Of a stretch of DNA of 64,000 bases, positions 37,472 through 47,123 are shown in pieces. The DNA is from Candidatus Omnitrophota bacterium. Its GTDB lineage: Bacteria; Omnitrophota; Gorgyraeia; JAFGHF01. How positions within the stretch are numbered: the first letter of the stretch is position 1; every line of letters begins with the position of its first letter. The translations under genes and the position numbers were made by a program. A model generated the notes under the pieces. It did not search any database. It was not told the DNA's origin and saw only the letters and a program-made list of their open reading frames with translations. The stretch lies in the NCBI GenBank assembly GCA_020341815.1, contig CP070837.1, positions 692,211 to 756,210 of the forward strand. Direction: 5' to 3'.

Positions 37472-39403
37472 ATGGAATATGACCGTTTTCAAAAAGAAGC
37501 AATTGATTACATTAACCGCGGGCATTCCGTAATTGTCTCCGCCCCTACAGGCAGCGGTAAGACCGTTATCGCCGAACACGTTATTACCGAATGTCTCAAA
37601 AAGGCACAAGGCGTAATCTATACCGCACCCATCAAGGCCCTTTCCAACCAAAAATTCCGCGATTTTCAGGGCCAATACGGGGATAAAATCGGAATCCTCA
37701 CCGGGGACGTCTCCATAAATCCCGAAGCGCCTGTTTTGATTATGACCACAGAAATCTTTCGCAACAAGGCCCTGGAGGACCCCCGCAACCTAAAAAGATA
37801 CGCCTGGATAATCTTCGATGAGGTCCATTATATTGATAATGAGGAACGCGGCACTATCTGGGAAGAGTCGATAATGTTTCTGCCTGCGCACATGAAGATG
37901 CTCTGCCTCTCCGCCACAGTGCCTAATATCGATGAGCTCTCCCGCTGGATCGAATCGGTGCATAAGATGCCGCTTAAGCAGGTAATCGAGAAGCAGCGCC
38001 CGGTGCCTCTGCATTTTTTCTTTCAATGTCAAAACGAAATTCTGGACAGGCTTAAAAAACTGCAGCAAAAAGGATATAAAAAAAGAATAGCTCACAGTTA
38101 TCGGGGCAGACAAAGATTTACTCATGCCTTCTTCAAGCCAAACCGCCTCTCTTCGCTCCTGCACCATCTCCAGGAAAACGACGCCCTGCCCTCTATCTAC
38201 TTTGCCTTTGGCCGCCGTCGCTGCGAGACCCTGGCCCAGGAACTATTTTCCTTTAACTTCCTGACTAAGGACGAAGAAGTCCAGATTAGCTCGCTTTACG
38301 ATTCGCTTTGCGAACGCTTCGACTTAAAGCAGGAAAAAAGTGCGGCCTTACTCACCCCTTTGATTAAGCGCGGCATAGCCTACCATCATGCGGGAATGCT
38401 GCCTACATTAAAAGAGGTAATCGAGCGCCTTTTTACCTCCCGGCTGCTTAAAGTCATCTTTACCACGGAGACCTTTGCCCTGGGGATCAATATGCCCGCG
38501 CGCACCGTGGCCTTTGACGGGATGCGTAAATTCTACGGCCGCTATCACCGCAATCTAACGACGCGCGATTTCTATCAGATGGCCGGGCGCGCCGGAAGGC
38601 GGGGTATGGACAGGGAAGGTTTTGTCTATTGCCGCATCAACCCCAACAGGATTCAGCTGGATGAGGTAAGACGTATCCTCTACGGAAAACCGGAAAGGAT
38701 AACCAGTAAGTTCAATTCCTCTTACGCCACACTCTTACATCTCTACGAAAAACATCAGGAAAAGCTCTATCGGCTTTATCCTCTTTCCCTGCACTATTTT
38801 CAGGAAAAGCCGCGCAGGAGAAAAGGGGCCGAGGCCCAACTCCATGCCAAGGTAAATCTACTCAAAAAATTAGGCCATATCCGGGATAATGCACTGACCC
38901 ATAAAGGCAGATTTGCCGCCTCGCTTTACGGCTATGAACTGCCCTTAGCGGAAATCTATGAAGAAAATGTACTGGAAGAGCTTTCGCCCGTAGAGCTGGG
39001 CATCTTAGCCTGCGCTTTAGTTTATGAGCCGCGCAAAAAAGACCGTCCCCCAAAAATTACCCGTAACGTGCGCGCCTTGAAAGAGGCAACCGAGGAAATT
39101 ACAAAAAATATTCATCGCCTCGAGAAGAACTTCGGTATCTGGCCTAAATCCAAAGAATGCTTCTGGCATCTGGCGCAAGTCACCGAGGCCTGGCTGAGGG
39201 GTACAGACTTTTCCAAGCTGGGGCAATATTCGGATGTGGATGAAGGAGAGCTGATACGTTACTTCCGCATGGGACTGCAGATCTTGCGTGAAATTCGGCA
39301 GGCGCCTGTATCTTCGGATATGCTTAAAGAAAAAATCAATGGGCTTGCGGCTGTCTTTAACCGCGATATTGTCGACGCTGAGAAACAGCTAAGGCTTGAA
39401 TAA
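37472..39403 (+). CDS. Ski2/HelY-like DEAD/DEAH-box RNA helicase
   Basis: APTGSGKT, PIKALSNQK, DEVH, LSAT, TETFALGINMPA, QMAGRAGRRG; start ATG at 37472. Confidence 0.93.
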   Translation: MEYDRFQKEAIDYINRGHSVIVSAPTGSGKTVIAEHVITECLKKAQGVIYTAPIKALSNQKFRDFQGQYGDKIGILTGDVSINPEAPVLIMTTEIFRNKALEDPRNLKRYAWIIFDEVHYIDNEERGTIWEESIMFLPAHMKMLCLSATVPNIDELSRWIESVHKMPLKQVIEKQRPVPLHFFFQCQNEILDRLKKLQQKGYKKRIAHSYRGRQRFTHAFFKPNRLSSLLHHLQENDALPSIYFAFGRRRCETLAQELFSFNFLTKDEEVQISSLYDSLCERFDLKQEKSAALLTPLIKRGIAYHHAGMLPTLKEVIERLFTSRLLKVIFTTETFALGINMPARTVAFDGMRKFYGRYHRNLTTRDFYQMAGRAGRRGMDREGFVYCRINPNRIQLDEVRRILYGKPERITSKFNSSYATLLHLYEKHQEKLYRLYPLSLHYFQEKPRRRKGAEAQLHAKVNLLKKLGHIRDNALTHKGRFAASLYGYELPLAEIYEENVLEELSPVELGILACALVYEPRKKDRPPKITRNVRALKEATEEITKNIHRLEKNFGIWPKSKECFWHLAQVTEAWLRGTDFSKLGQYSDVDEGELIRYFRMGLQILREIRQAPVSSDMLKEKINGLAAVFNRDIVDAEKQLRLE

Positions 39404-41729
39404 ACTTTTCCACATATAAAGGCTTAAATTGCTTTCCTGAGCCCTTTCTTAATTCGGCAATAGCCTCTTTTGTAGTCTTGGGTATTGTGTAAGTGCGGCC
39501 CGTGGTCATAGCATCAAAGGCATCGGCAATAGAGATTATAGCGGCTCCCGCAGGAATAAGGTCCTGACCGATGCCATGAGGATAACCCGTCCCATCGTAT
39601 CTTTCATGGTGATGAAGGATTAAGGGAATATACTTCCGGAAAAACTCGATAGGCTCTAAAATCCTCACCCCCGCCTCCGAATGCTGCTTGACAATGGCAT
39701 ATTCTTCGTTTGATAATTTATCTGTTTTGCGCAGGATACTCTCGGGCATTCCTATTTTTCCAATATCGTGTAACAATGCGGCCTGCGAAATAAGCTTACG
39801 CTCTTCCTCCGGCATTCCTAAGGCTTCCGCCAGCATCAAGGCATATTTGCGCACTCTGTCGGAATGGCCTGCGGTATATGTATCCTTGGCCTCCAAGGCC
39901 TTGACCAGTGAACGGATAAACTCAAAAAAGGCCGTCTCCATATCTTTATGCGCCTGGCGCAACTCTTTCAAAGTGGTATTTAAGTCCCTGTACATATCTT
40001 CCAGGTAATCTGAAGCTATATAGCCGACTTCTGCGCCCGGCTTCTTCTCCTGCGCCCCCAGATGGACCTTATCCAGCTTTGAGTCAAATACACAAACCTC
40101 ATTTCGCTTATACCCCCTCTTTAAGGCGGCTTCGGCGCATCTAATCAGGTCGCGGGAGGAGTTTATCGCTACGTGCGGATAAGAAGCCACTCCTATGGAA
40201 AAAATTAATTTTAAGTCTTTGGCCGCTCCGCTAACTTCGAGTTCTTCAATTTCCTCTCTTAATTTTTCTCCCAGCTTAAGTACCTCATCATACTTGAGCT
40301 TAAGCAAAAGAGAGAATTTATTCTCTCCATACCTGGCCAATAAAGCGCCCCGGGGAGAGTTTTCTTTCAACATCTGGGCAATAGCCCGCAAGATGAGGTT
40401 TGCCTGTTCAATTCCATAGTCATCGCTTATCTTGCGGAAATTATCGATACTGAAAATTGCCAGGGATATATTGGACTTGGACCTTATGGCCTCAATTACT
40501 TCCGCCTGCAACCTGAACCTGAAATAACGATATATAAATAGACCCGTAGAGATATCGGTAACGACCAATTTCCTTAATTGTGCGCTGGTTAAGGAAAGCC
40601 TGAAATATTTAAAAATTCCGGCGAAGATAAATATAGATATCCCCACAAAGACTACGGCGAAATAATCCATAGTGTAATTCTTCAGGGACAGGCCAAAATA
40701 TAAAAGCAGGAAACCGGCTGTAAAAGCAACGGAAAAGAGCGCGCTTCTAAAAAAGGCAAGGTTATAACTAAAGAAGGCCAGCAATAAAGCAAAAATAAGC
40801 AAGATTATAAAAGAAACCGCAGCAGGCAGCTCTCTTAAAGAAGTGCCGTTAATTAACATCAGGATATTATTGGCGCATATGCCTACCCCGGGCATCGGAC
40901 CAAAGGGAGTCAGGTAAATATCATGGATAGCCTCGGCCTCTGCCCCCACCAGTACTATCTTATTGCGCAGATTATCAAAAGGAACCTCTTCCTGCATCAC
41001 CTTCCAGAAAGGCACCACCGTAAAATCATCAAAATCTGCCCGGTAGTTAATACTCATCGTGCCGTCTCTGCGCGCGGGAATCCTAACGTCTTCAAAAGTT
41101 ATATTTCGTCCATCGAAAGTAATCTTATCCGCAGGCGCGCCCGCATATCGGGCAGCGACTTTTATCTCAAAGGAATAATCCTTTACTTCGTATTGTGGAG
41201 AAAAAAGAATACCCCAGGTATTACGCACTCTGAAGTCGTCATCCTGGGGCTTATTGATAAAAGCTGTCTCTGCGCCCGATTGCAGAAACGGTTCATATGG
41301 CAGGACATGCTCTCCCTTTTCATCGAAAAAAGAGGCCATAAACACATTGCGAGATTTTTTAATTGCCTGGGCCAAAAGTTTATCGTCTTCGGCGCTGCTT
41401 ACACCAGTAAAAACTAAATCGAAAGATATAAGCTCCGGTTGATAACTATTTAGCTTCTCAAGCAGCTCGGCAAAGGTCCTGCGCGGCCAGGGCCATTTCT
41501 TGCCCATTTTCTTTAAGGAGATATCGTCTATGCTTATAATTATTATGTTTTCGATATTTTTCGGCTGAGGCAGGAGGGCATGCCTAAGGACAGTGGCAAT
41601 ATCCCGGGATTTCCATCTGGGAAGATTAAGAACCTCCAGAGGCACTAAGATAAATGAGTATATTATTAATATCAAGATACCTATTAACAACATCCTCAAA
41701 GTATTTTGGTCACGCCATAATTTAATCAT
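39357..41729 (-). CDS. CHASE2 - degenerate GGDEF - HD-GYP phosphodiesterase
   Basis: WPWPRRTFA and MPGV (CHASE2), 3 TM, RYGENKF (degenerate GGDEF), GHSDRV, LHDIGK, HHERYDGTGYP. Confidence 0.92.
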   Translation of the reverse strand: MIKLWRDQNTLRMLLIGILILIIYSFILVPLEVLNLPRWKSRDIATVLRHALLPQPKNIENIIIISIDDISLKKMGKKWPWPRRTFAELLEKLNSYQPELISFDLVFTGVSSAEDDKLLAQAIKKSRNVFMASFFDEKGEHVLPYEPFLQSGAETAFINKPQDDDFRVRNTWGILFSPQYEVKDYSFEIKVAARYAGAPADKITFDGRNITFEDVRIPARRDGTMSINYRADFDDFTVVPFWKVMQEEVPFDNLRNKIVLVGAEAEAIHDIYLTPFGPMPGVGICANNILMLINGTSLRELPAAVSFIILLIFALLLAFFSYNLAFFRSALFSVAFTAGFLLLYFGLSLKNYTMDYFAVVFVGISIFIFAGIFKYFRLSLTSAQLRKLVVTDISTGLFIYRYFRFRLQAEVIEAIRSKSNISLAIFSIDNFRKISDDYGIEQANLILRAIAQMLKENSPRGALLARYGENKFSLLLKLKYDEVLKLGEKLREEIEELEVSGAAKDLKLIFSIGVASYPHVAINSSRDLIRCAEAALKRGYKRNEVCVFDSKLDKVHLGAQEKKPGAEVGYIASDYLEDMYRDLNTTLKELRQAHKDMETAFFEFIRSLVKALEAKDTYTAGHSDRVRKYALMLAEALGMPEEERKLISQAALLHDIGKIGMPESILRKTDKLSNEEYAIVKQHSEAGVRILEPIEFFRKYIPLILHHHERYDGTGYPHGIGQDLIPAGAAIISIADAFDAMTTGRTYTIPKTTKEAIAELRKGSGKQFKPLYVEKFIQALAVSQRRQYRG

Positions 41730-41736
41730 AGATTAA

Positions 41737-41765
41737 AGTTTAACATACAACCTGAGACTTGTCAA
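41737..41765 (-). promoter_or_regulatory. sigma70-type promoter of the CHASE2 gene (probably leaderless)
   Basis: TTGACA-17 bp-TAAACT, then 7 nt to ATG. Confidence 0.65.
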
Positions 41766-41847
41766 AAAGAACTTGACTTATTTTTATGGATGTGATAAGA
41801 ATATTTAATAGGTATAAATATTAAAATAAAGAAAGGAGGAAGCAGAT

Positions 41848-42429
41848 ATGAAGAGAAAAAGCGCTTTTGTATTGACGGAGATAATAATAGCCTGCGTTAT
41901 TATTGCTATTATAGCCTCTATAGCCCTTGCCACCTACCAGAAAGCCAGAGAAAGGACCGATCAACTCCTTTGCGAAACCAGGGAAAAACTGATTTATACA
42001 GCCGTTAAGATGTCCATTTATGATACGGGTGTTGTCCCGGCTTCTCTCACCAAGGTCTGGGACGAGTACAAGAATAAGGCCGTAGCTCAACTAAGAGAGG
42101 AGAATAACAACTCCCGCTTTCCTTTTGTGAAGAATTGGGCCTTGGTTAAAGTGGCCGAGGCCAGCTTCGGCGACTATTACGGAAATGATCCTGCAGTTAT
42201 TACCTGTCCGCGCGATAAGACTCCTCCGCCAGGAGGCGTCTCCTATAGCATACACTCCGCCGCAAAAGGAAAAACCCGGGGCTGGATGAAGGCCAATCCA
42301 AATGCCACCTTACTCTATGAAACTGACAGTATAGGCGGAGGAGAGGTCTATCGTCATAGAGAAGGCAGAAGAAAGGTTTCTAATTATATTACCGCCGGGG
42401 GGAAGCATAGGAAAAAACATAAAGATTGA
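41848..42429 (+). CDS. type IV pilin/pseudopilin-like protein
   Basis: MKRKSA|FVLTEIIIACVIIAIIASIAL prepilin-like N-terminus with E5. Confidence 0.75.
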   Translation: MKRKSAFVLTEIIIACVIIAIIASIALATYQKARERTDQLLCETREKLIYTAVKMSIYDTGVVPASLTKVWDEYKNKAVAQLREENNNSRFPFVKNWALVKVAEASFGDYYGNDPAVITCPRDKTPPPGGVSYSIHSAAKGKTRGWMKANPNATLLYETDSIGGGEVYRHREGRRKVSNYITAGGKHRKKHKD

Positions 42430-42818
42430 ATAAGTTGGCTATAATTGCTCTTATCATAGGCTATATAACAATAGCCTTCAGTTTAACAGTATTGATTGCG
42501 CCGAAATTTTTACGTAAGGTTGTTGATTTATTTTCTATAGGCAGTCGGATTTACGCGGTGGGACTATTACGTTTGATTTTAGGCGTGTTATTTTTGATGT
42601 TAGCGACACAGGCAAGATTCTGGGGTTATATAATAGCCCTGGGTCTTGCCTGTAGTGCTTCCGGATTGTTTATTTTCTTTATTCCCCTCAGACGAACGAA
42701 AAAGTTTCTTCAACGTCTAGAAAACCTATCGAACTCTACCCTGCGCATTTTAGCAGCTATTGGTTTTGCTATCTGGGGCCTTCTGATTTATTCTATCCTT
42801 CCGGCGATTCCTCATTAA
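42426..42818 (+). CDS. hypothetical 4-TM membrane protein
   Basis: TTG start overlapping the upstream stop; four hydrophobic segments. Confidence 0.7.
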   Translation: MNKLAIIALIIGYITIAFSLTVLIAPKFLRKVVDLFSIGSRIYAVGLLRLILGVLFLMLATQARFWGYIIALGLACSASGLFIFFIPLRRTKKFLQRLENLSNSTLRILAAIGFAIWGLLIYSILPAIPH

Positions 42819-44244
42819 GCTTCGGTCTTAAAAATCGCTCAAAAGGCGACTCTTCCTTCTTGGGCTTCTCTTCCGCCTTTGGTTTTTCAGGGCCCGGCTC
42901 CTCTTGCGATGCTTCAGGTTCCCGCTTTTCCTCCGGCTCTTTTTGCTTTGGTTCTTCAGAGGCCGCTTCTACCTGCGTCTCTTCCTGCGGCGCTTCGGGT
43001 TTCTGTTCTTCTTGTTGCAACTCCTGAGGTTCTTCTTCAGGAACTTCTTCGGGCTTTTGTTCTTCCGAAGACTCCTCGACAGAACTTAAGCCTTCCTGTA
43101 TTTCTTCTTGCGATGCCTCAGGCCTTTGCTCTTCTTCCGGTTTTTCCTCCGGCTCTTCAGGCGTCTGTTCTTGTTGTGGTTCTTCAGCGGGAGACTCTGC
43201 CTGTGCTTCCTCCTGTATTACTTCAGGCTCTTCAGGCACCTGTTCCTCTTGAGGTGCCTCAGGCTGCTCTTCGGCTTTCGGTCCTTCTTCGGGCTTTTCT
43301 TCTTCCTTCGGCTCTTCAGCCTGCGCTTCTTCTTGTTGTGGCGTCTCGGGCTCATCAGGCGCCTGTTGCTCCTGGGGTTCGACTTTGGGCTCTTCCTTTA
43401 CTTCCTCGGGCTCCTGTTCTGCTTGAGGCTCCTGGGGCTTTTCCCCTTTAATTTCTTCGGCTTTAGGCCCTTCTTCGGGCTTTTCTTCTTCCTTTGGTTC
43501 TTCAGGTTTCTGCTCCTCCCGGGCCTGCTCAGGAATTGATTCTGCCTTTGCTTCCTTTTCTTTTAGCCTGGCCTCTTTTTCCTGCTCGAGCTCTTTTTTA
43601 GCTCCCTCGAGTTCTCCTTTGGCGCTTTCAAGCTCTCCTTTAGTGCCTTCAAATTCTTTTTTAGCTCCCTCAAGCTCTCCCTTGGCGTCTTCAAGCTCTT
43701 TTTTAGCTCCCTCGAGTTCTCCTTTGGCGCTTTCAAGCTTTTCTTTAAGCTGATTAAGCTCTTTCTCCAAAGCCTCTTTACCTTCTTTAAGTGTCTGGCT
43801 CTCCTGGGAAACCTTGCTTAACTCATCCTCTTTGCCCTGCAGGTCTTTCTCTAACTTCTTACACTTAATCAGCTGCTCATTAGCCTGTTTTTTCTGCTGT
43901 TCCAACTGAATGGGCAAGTCTTTCTTGGCAATAAGCTCTTTTTGCATCTGCTCGGACTTGGTCTTAAGTTCCTGATGAACTCTATCCTTCTCCTGAAGCT
44001 CTTTCTTTAAATTATCCATCTCTTCCTTCAGGCTAGCCGCTTCTGCCTGAAGTTTCTCATCCGTAACAGTAACCTGCCTAAGCTCCCCTTCCTTCTGCCG
44101 AACCTCGTCTTTCAGGCTATCTACCTGCGCCGTATATTTACCAAAGTCTTTTTTCTGCTGTCCCAGCTGCTGAAAAAGAAATAAGATAATTATTACAACC
44201 AAGCTCGCCATCAGTATTGCCAATATTAAAGGTAAAGGCAGCAT
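42793..44244 (-). CDS. membrane-anchored coiled-coil protein with Glu/Pro/Gln-rich repetitive tail
   Basis: N-terminal TM, long heptads, acidic low-complexity tail; AGGAGG SD. Confidence 0.8.
   Translation of the reverse strand: MLPLPLILAILMASLVVIIILFLFQQLGQQKKDFGKYTAQVDSLKDEVRQKEGELRQVTVTDEKLQAEAASLKEEMDNLKKELQEKDRVHQELKTKSEQMQKELIAKKDLPIQLEQQKKQANEQLIKCKKLEKDLQGKEDELSKVSQESQTLKEGKEALEKELNQLKEKLESAKGELEGAKKELEDAKGELEGAKKEFEGTKGELESAKGELEGAKKELEQEKEARLKEKEAKAESIPEQAREEQKPEEPKEEEKPEEGPKAEEIKGEKPQEPQAEQEPEEVKEEPKVEPQEQQAPDEPETPQQEEAQAEEPKEEEKPEEGPKAEEQPEAPQEEQVPEEPEVIQEEAQAESPAEEPQQEQTPEEPEEKPEEEQRPEASQEEIQEGLSSVEESSEEQKPEEVPEEEPQELQQEEQKPEAPQEETQVEAASEEPKQKEPEEKREPEASQEEPGPEKPKAEEKPKKEESPFERFLRPKLNEESPEG
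43592..43738 (-). repeat. about 7 tandem 21-bp coding repeats
   Basis: LESAKGE-LEGAKKE-LEDAKGE-LEGAKKE-FEGTKGE-LESAKGE-LEGAKKE. Confidence 0.85.
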
Positions 44245-44257
44245 AAGCCCTCCTGTC

Positions 44258-45046
44258 TTATTTTTTCAAACTATTGAACAATTCTTCTGCCTGGCTAACA
44301 GAAGCATTTTTATGAACAATTTGGCGAATGGCTTGAATCATTGCAACTGAATTATCCGACTGCCAGATATTCCTTCCCATATCTACCCCTGCAGCGCCTT
44401 GGCCTACAGCGTCACTGGCAAGCTGCAAGGCATCCAGCTCCGTCCTTAATTTAGGGCCTCCGGCAATAACTAAAGGAACGGGGGAAGCTTCCACTACCTT
44501 GTGGAAATCATCGCAATAGTATGTCTTGATTATCTGCGCGCCCAACTCTGCGGCAATGCGGCAGGCCAGAGAAAGATAACGGGCATCGCGCTTAGCCAGT
44601 TCTTTGCCCACGGCAGTAACCGCCAATACCGGTATTCCGTATTCCTGGGCTTCATTAATGAGGTTGGCTAAACCCAGTAAAGTCTGGTGCTCATACTTTG
44701 CCCCTACATAGATAGAAAAAGCACAGGCCGATACATTAAGGCGAACGGCCTCTTTTATTGAAGTAGTAATTGCCTCTTTAGAAAGGTCCTCTCCCACAAT
44801 GCTGTTGCCTCCGGAAACCCTTAAGATTACCGGTGGAGAAGTCTTGGCATCTATGCAATTGCGCAAGACGCCTCTGGTAAGCATCAGGGCATCGGCAAAG
44901 CCAAGAAGGGGCCTAACCGTCTCCTGGGGCTTTTCCAATTTGCTCACCGCTCCTAAGAAATAACCGTGGTCTATGGCCAGCCATACTGCCCGGCCTGTCT
45001 CCGGTTTTATCAATTTACTTATGCGATTTTGCATTCCCCAATCCAT
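44258..45046 (-). CDS. lsrF: LsrF-like thiolase / class I aldolase family
   Basis: MDWGMQNR, AIDHGYF, RIAAELGAQIIKTYY, IAGGPK, GVDMGRNIWQ. Confidence 0.85.
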   Translation of the reverse strand: MDWGMQNRISKLIKPETGRAVWLAIDHGYFLGAVSKLEKPQETVRPLLGFADALMLTRGVLRNCIDAKTSPPVILRVSGGNSIVGEDLSKEAITTSIKEAVRLNVSACAFSIYVGAKYEHQTLLGLANLINEAQEYGIPVLAVTAVGKELAKRDARYLSLACRIAAELGAQIIKTYYCDDFHKVVEASPVPLVIAGGPKLRTELDALQLASDAVGQGAAGVDMGRNIWQSDNSVAMIQAIRQIVHKNASVSQAEELFNSLKK

Positions 45047-45061
45047 ATTTTTTCTCCTTTT

Positions 45062-46999
45062 TTAAAGAATAAACAGAAGTATCGCCAAACTAAAGAAAAG
45101 AACAACAGTTGCTATCTTTATACCATCTAAATGCCTATTTGTAAATAGGGCAAATTTTTCCGAAGCAAATCCTTTATCGGCCAGAAGAAATACAGCCACC
45201 AAAGGCAGAGTAAAAACCAGATTATATAATATAAGATATAAAAAGGCCGAAGCGCGAAGATGCGGTACCTTTAATACAAAGGCAATAGTAGGAAAGTACA
45301 CCTGCCCCGTGCAGGGAAATTCAAAAAGGGCCACAATGCAGCCGGTTACAAATGTCGCAGCAATAAGAGCGGCTAAAGGTCTTCGACTATCGGCTATATC
45401 TCTTAAACGATCGTGCAGTTTAAGACCGCAACCTTTCATCTGGCCTGTCTTTTTATATCTTATGTAGTCACAAAGGTTATAAACACCCAAACCCAACACC
45501 AATAAAGCAATGGCATAATAAATCAGGCGGGACAGACGAGAAAAGACCTCTAATCTTTGCAGTCCCTGAAAAATGCCTAAGCCAATGGCAAGATAGGTTA
45601 AAAAGACACTGATAATAAAAGTAGCCCCCACGCAGGCAATCTGGCGGCGCCCGTAACTATTTAAAGCCAGCAAAGAGACAAAAAAAATCAAGGTGGCAAA
45701 GGCGCAAGGGTTGATACCGTCAATTAATCCGGCGGTAATTACCAGGGCCGGACTGAAAGTGGAAAAATTATCAATTATGGCATTATCTCCTCCTGCCTCT
45801 ATTCTTTCCGCAGCTACTGCTTCCTGTTCCGATAAAGCTTTAATAGCTCCTTTAAGCTCTTTCTTTATTTGTTCCTTTCCCCTTAAGGCTATATTGGGCA
45901 AAAACACCTCGGGGATAGGACCTTTAGATAGCCCGTATTCCTTCTCCATCTTCAATTTGAGCGCAAGCGCATCGCTATCCGATATATTATGGTAATTTAT
46001 TTCGATCTTATCTTTATATTCTGACTCTATCTCCGACAAAAGCCTATTCTTTATTTCCCGGCAGCTTGAACAGGCATTGGAATAGAAGAAGTCTATTGCG
46101 ATAACTCCGGATGCAACTTTTCTTGCAGCAGAAGCCAATGCCTTTCTCTTAAAAGGCTCATATTGTTTAAGCCCTTCTAAATTAGGGATAAGATAGACAT
46201 TTTCCCATAAAAAGGTGGGTGAGCGCTTTATCTGTAAACTTTCCGCCTCTTTAGAGTCATCCTTAAGTATCTCTAAGGCCCATTCTTTTTTGGATTCTAT
46301 AATATCCGCAGAGATTCCTAATTCCTTAAGCGCCTCTTCTCTATTTTTATCCTGGATGAGCAAAAGATAATCCCGGAATTTATCGGGATAGTGTTTCTGA
46401 ATAATAATCTGGGCTATGTCTTCCTTTGTCTCGCTAGGCCCATAAAAAGAGGATATGCCAAACTCATGAACCTTAACCAGGTATCTTAAATTAAGGTCTA
46501 TATCTATATCTCTCTGCCTGATAAAATCGATTAGCTCTGCCTGAGTAGTCTTTGAGTAAGGACAAAATGCCCCCACAAACATATCCAGCCTGTTGGGTTT
46601 TCTTTTTCTGTCCAAAAGCATAACAGTGCCCAGCTTCAACTGCTCATCGGGAATCACATAATAGTCTTTAACCTTAACCACCATCTTGTGACGGACCATA
46701 TGAAAGAACGCGTCACGATTGGCAATAGATTTATCGTAAATAACGAAAGGGACAAACTTGATATCCAGCTCCTTTATGTATTTACGCGCCTGGGTGGAAT
46801 TATATTCGAGATAGGTCTCGCGAGAATCGGGAAAGAGTGTTTTTATGCTTTGCCTTAACGTGGAATTGACGCCTGCGAGGTCTCTTGAGGAAATAAGGGT
46901 ATAATTAAGCTGCTCTTCGGACTTACCGAAAGCTAAAGCTGAATATAAAAATGCGCTCAAAATAATCGCAATAGAAAGTATGGATAATATTTTTTTCAT
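45062..46999 (-). CDS. exported thioredoxin-fold domains fused to a CcdA/DsbD-like TM domain
   Basis: FCPYS, CSSC, AGLIDGINPCA, EFPCTGQVY. Confidence 0.8.
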   Translation of the reverse strand: MKKILSILSIAIILSAFLYSALAFGKSEEQLNYTLISSRDLAGVNSTLRQSIKTLFPDSRETYLEYNSTQARKYIKELDIKFVPFVIYDKSIANRDAFFHMVRHKMVVKVKDYYVIPDEQLKLGTVMLLDRKRKPNRLDMFVGAFCPYSKTTQAELIDFIRQRDIDIDLNLRYLVKVHEFGISSFYGPSETKEDIAQIIIQKHYPDKFRDYLLLIQDKNREEALKELGISADIIESKKEWALEILKDDSKEAESLQIKRSPTFLWENVYLIPNLEGLKQYEPFKRKALASAARKVASGVIAIDFFYSNACSSCREIKNRLLSEIESEYKDKIEINYHNISDSDALALKLKMEKEYGLSKGPIPEVFLPNIALRGKEQIKKELKGAIKALSEQEAVAAERIEAGGDNAIIDNFSTFSPALVITAGLIDGINPCAFATLIFFVSLLALNSYGRRQIACVGATFIISVFLTYLAIGLGIFQGLQRLEVFSRLSRLIYYAIALLVLGLGVYNLCDYIRYKKTGQMKGCGLKLHDRLRDIADSRRPLAALIAATFVTGCIVALFEFPCTGQVYFPTIAFVLKVPHLRASAFLYLILYNLVFTLPLVAVFLLADKGFASEKFALFTNRHLDGIKIATVVLFFSLAILLFIL

Positions 47000-47003
47000 C
47001 TTT

Positions 47004-47089
47004 TTATTACTGAAATCACTGAAACTATTACACTGAAATCACTGAGATCTTATTCAGTGCTTTCAGTAATAATTCAGTGCTCTCAGTGT
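47004..47089. repeat. interleaved direct/inverted short-repeat cluster
   Basis: ACTGAAATCACTGA twice, then TCAGTGCTTTCAGT and TCAGTGCTCTCAGT. Confidence 0.8.
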
Positions 47090-47123
47090 TTACAGTTTAA
47101 CATACATCTTCTCTTACTGCTAT

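Noticed and set aside
37472-39403. Helicase as part of an antiphage defence system
   Set aside because: No nuclease, methylase or other defence partner adjacent; fits a stand-alone HelY/Ski2-like RNA helicase
44258-45046. AI-2 quorum-sensing locus
   Set aside because: No lsrK, lsrG, lsrR or transporter genes in the window
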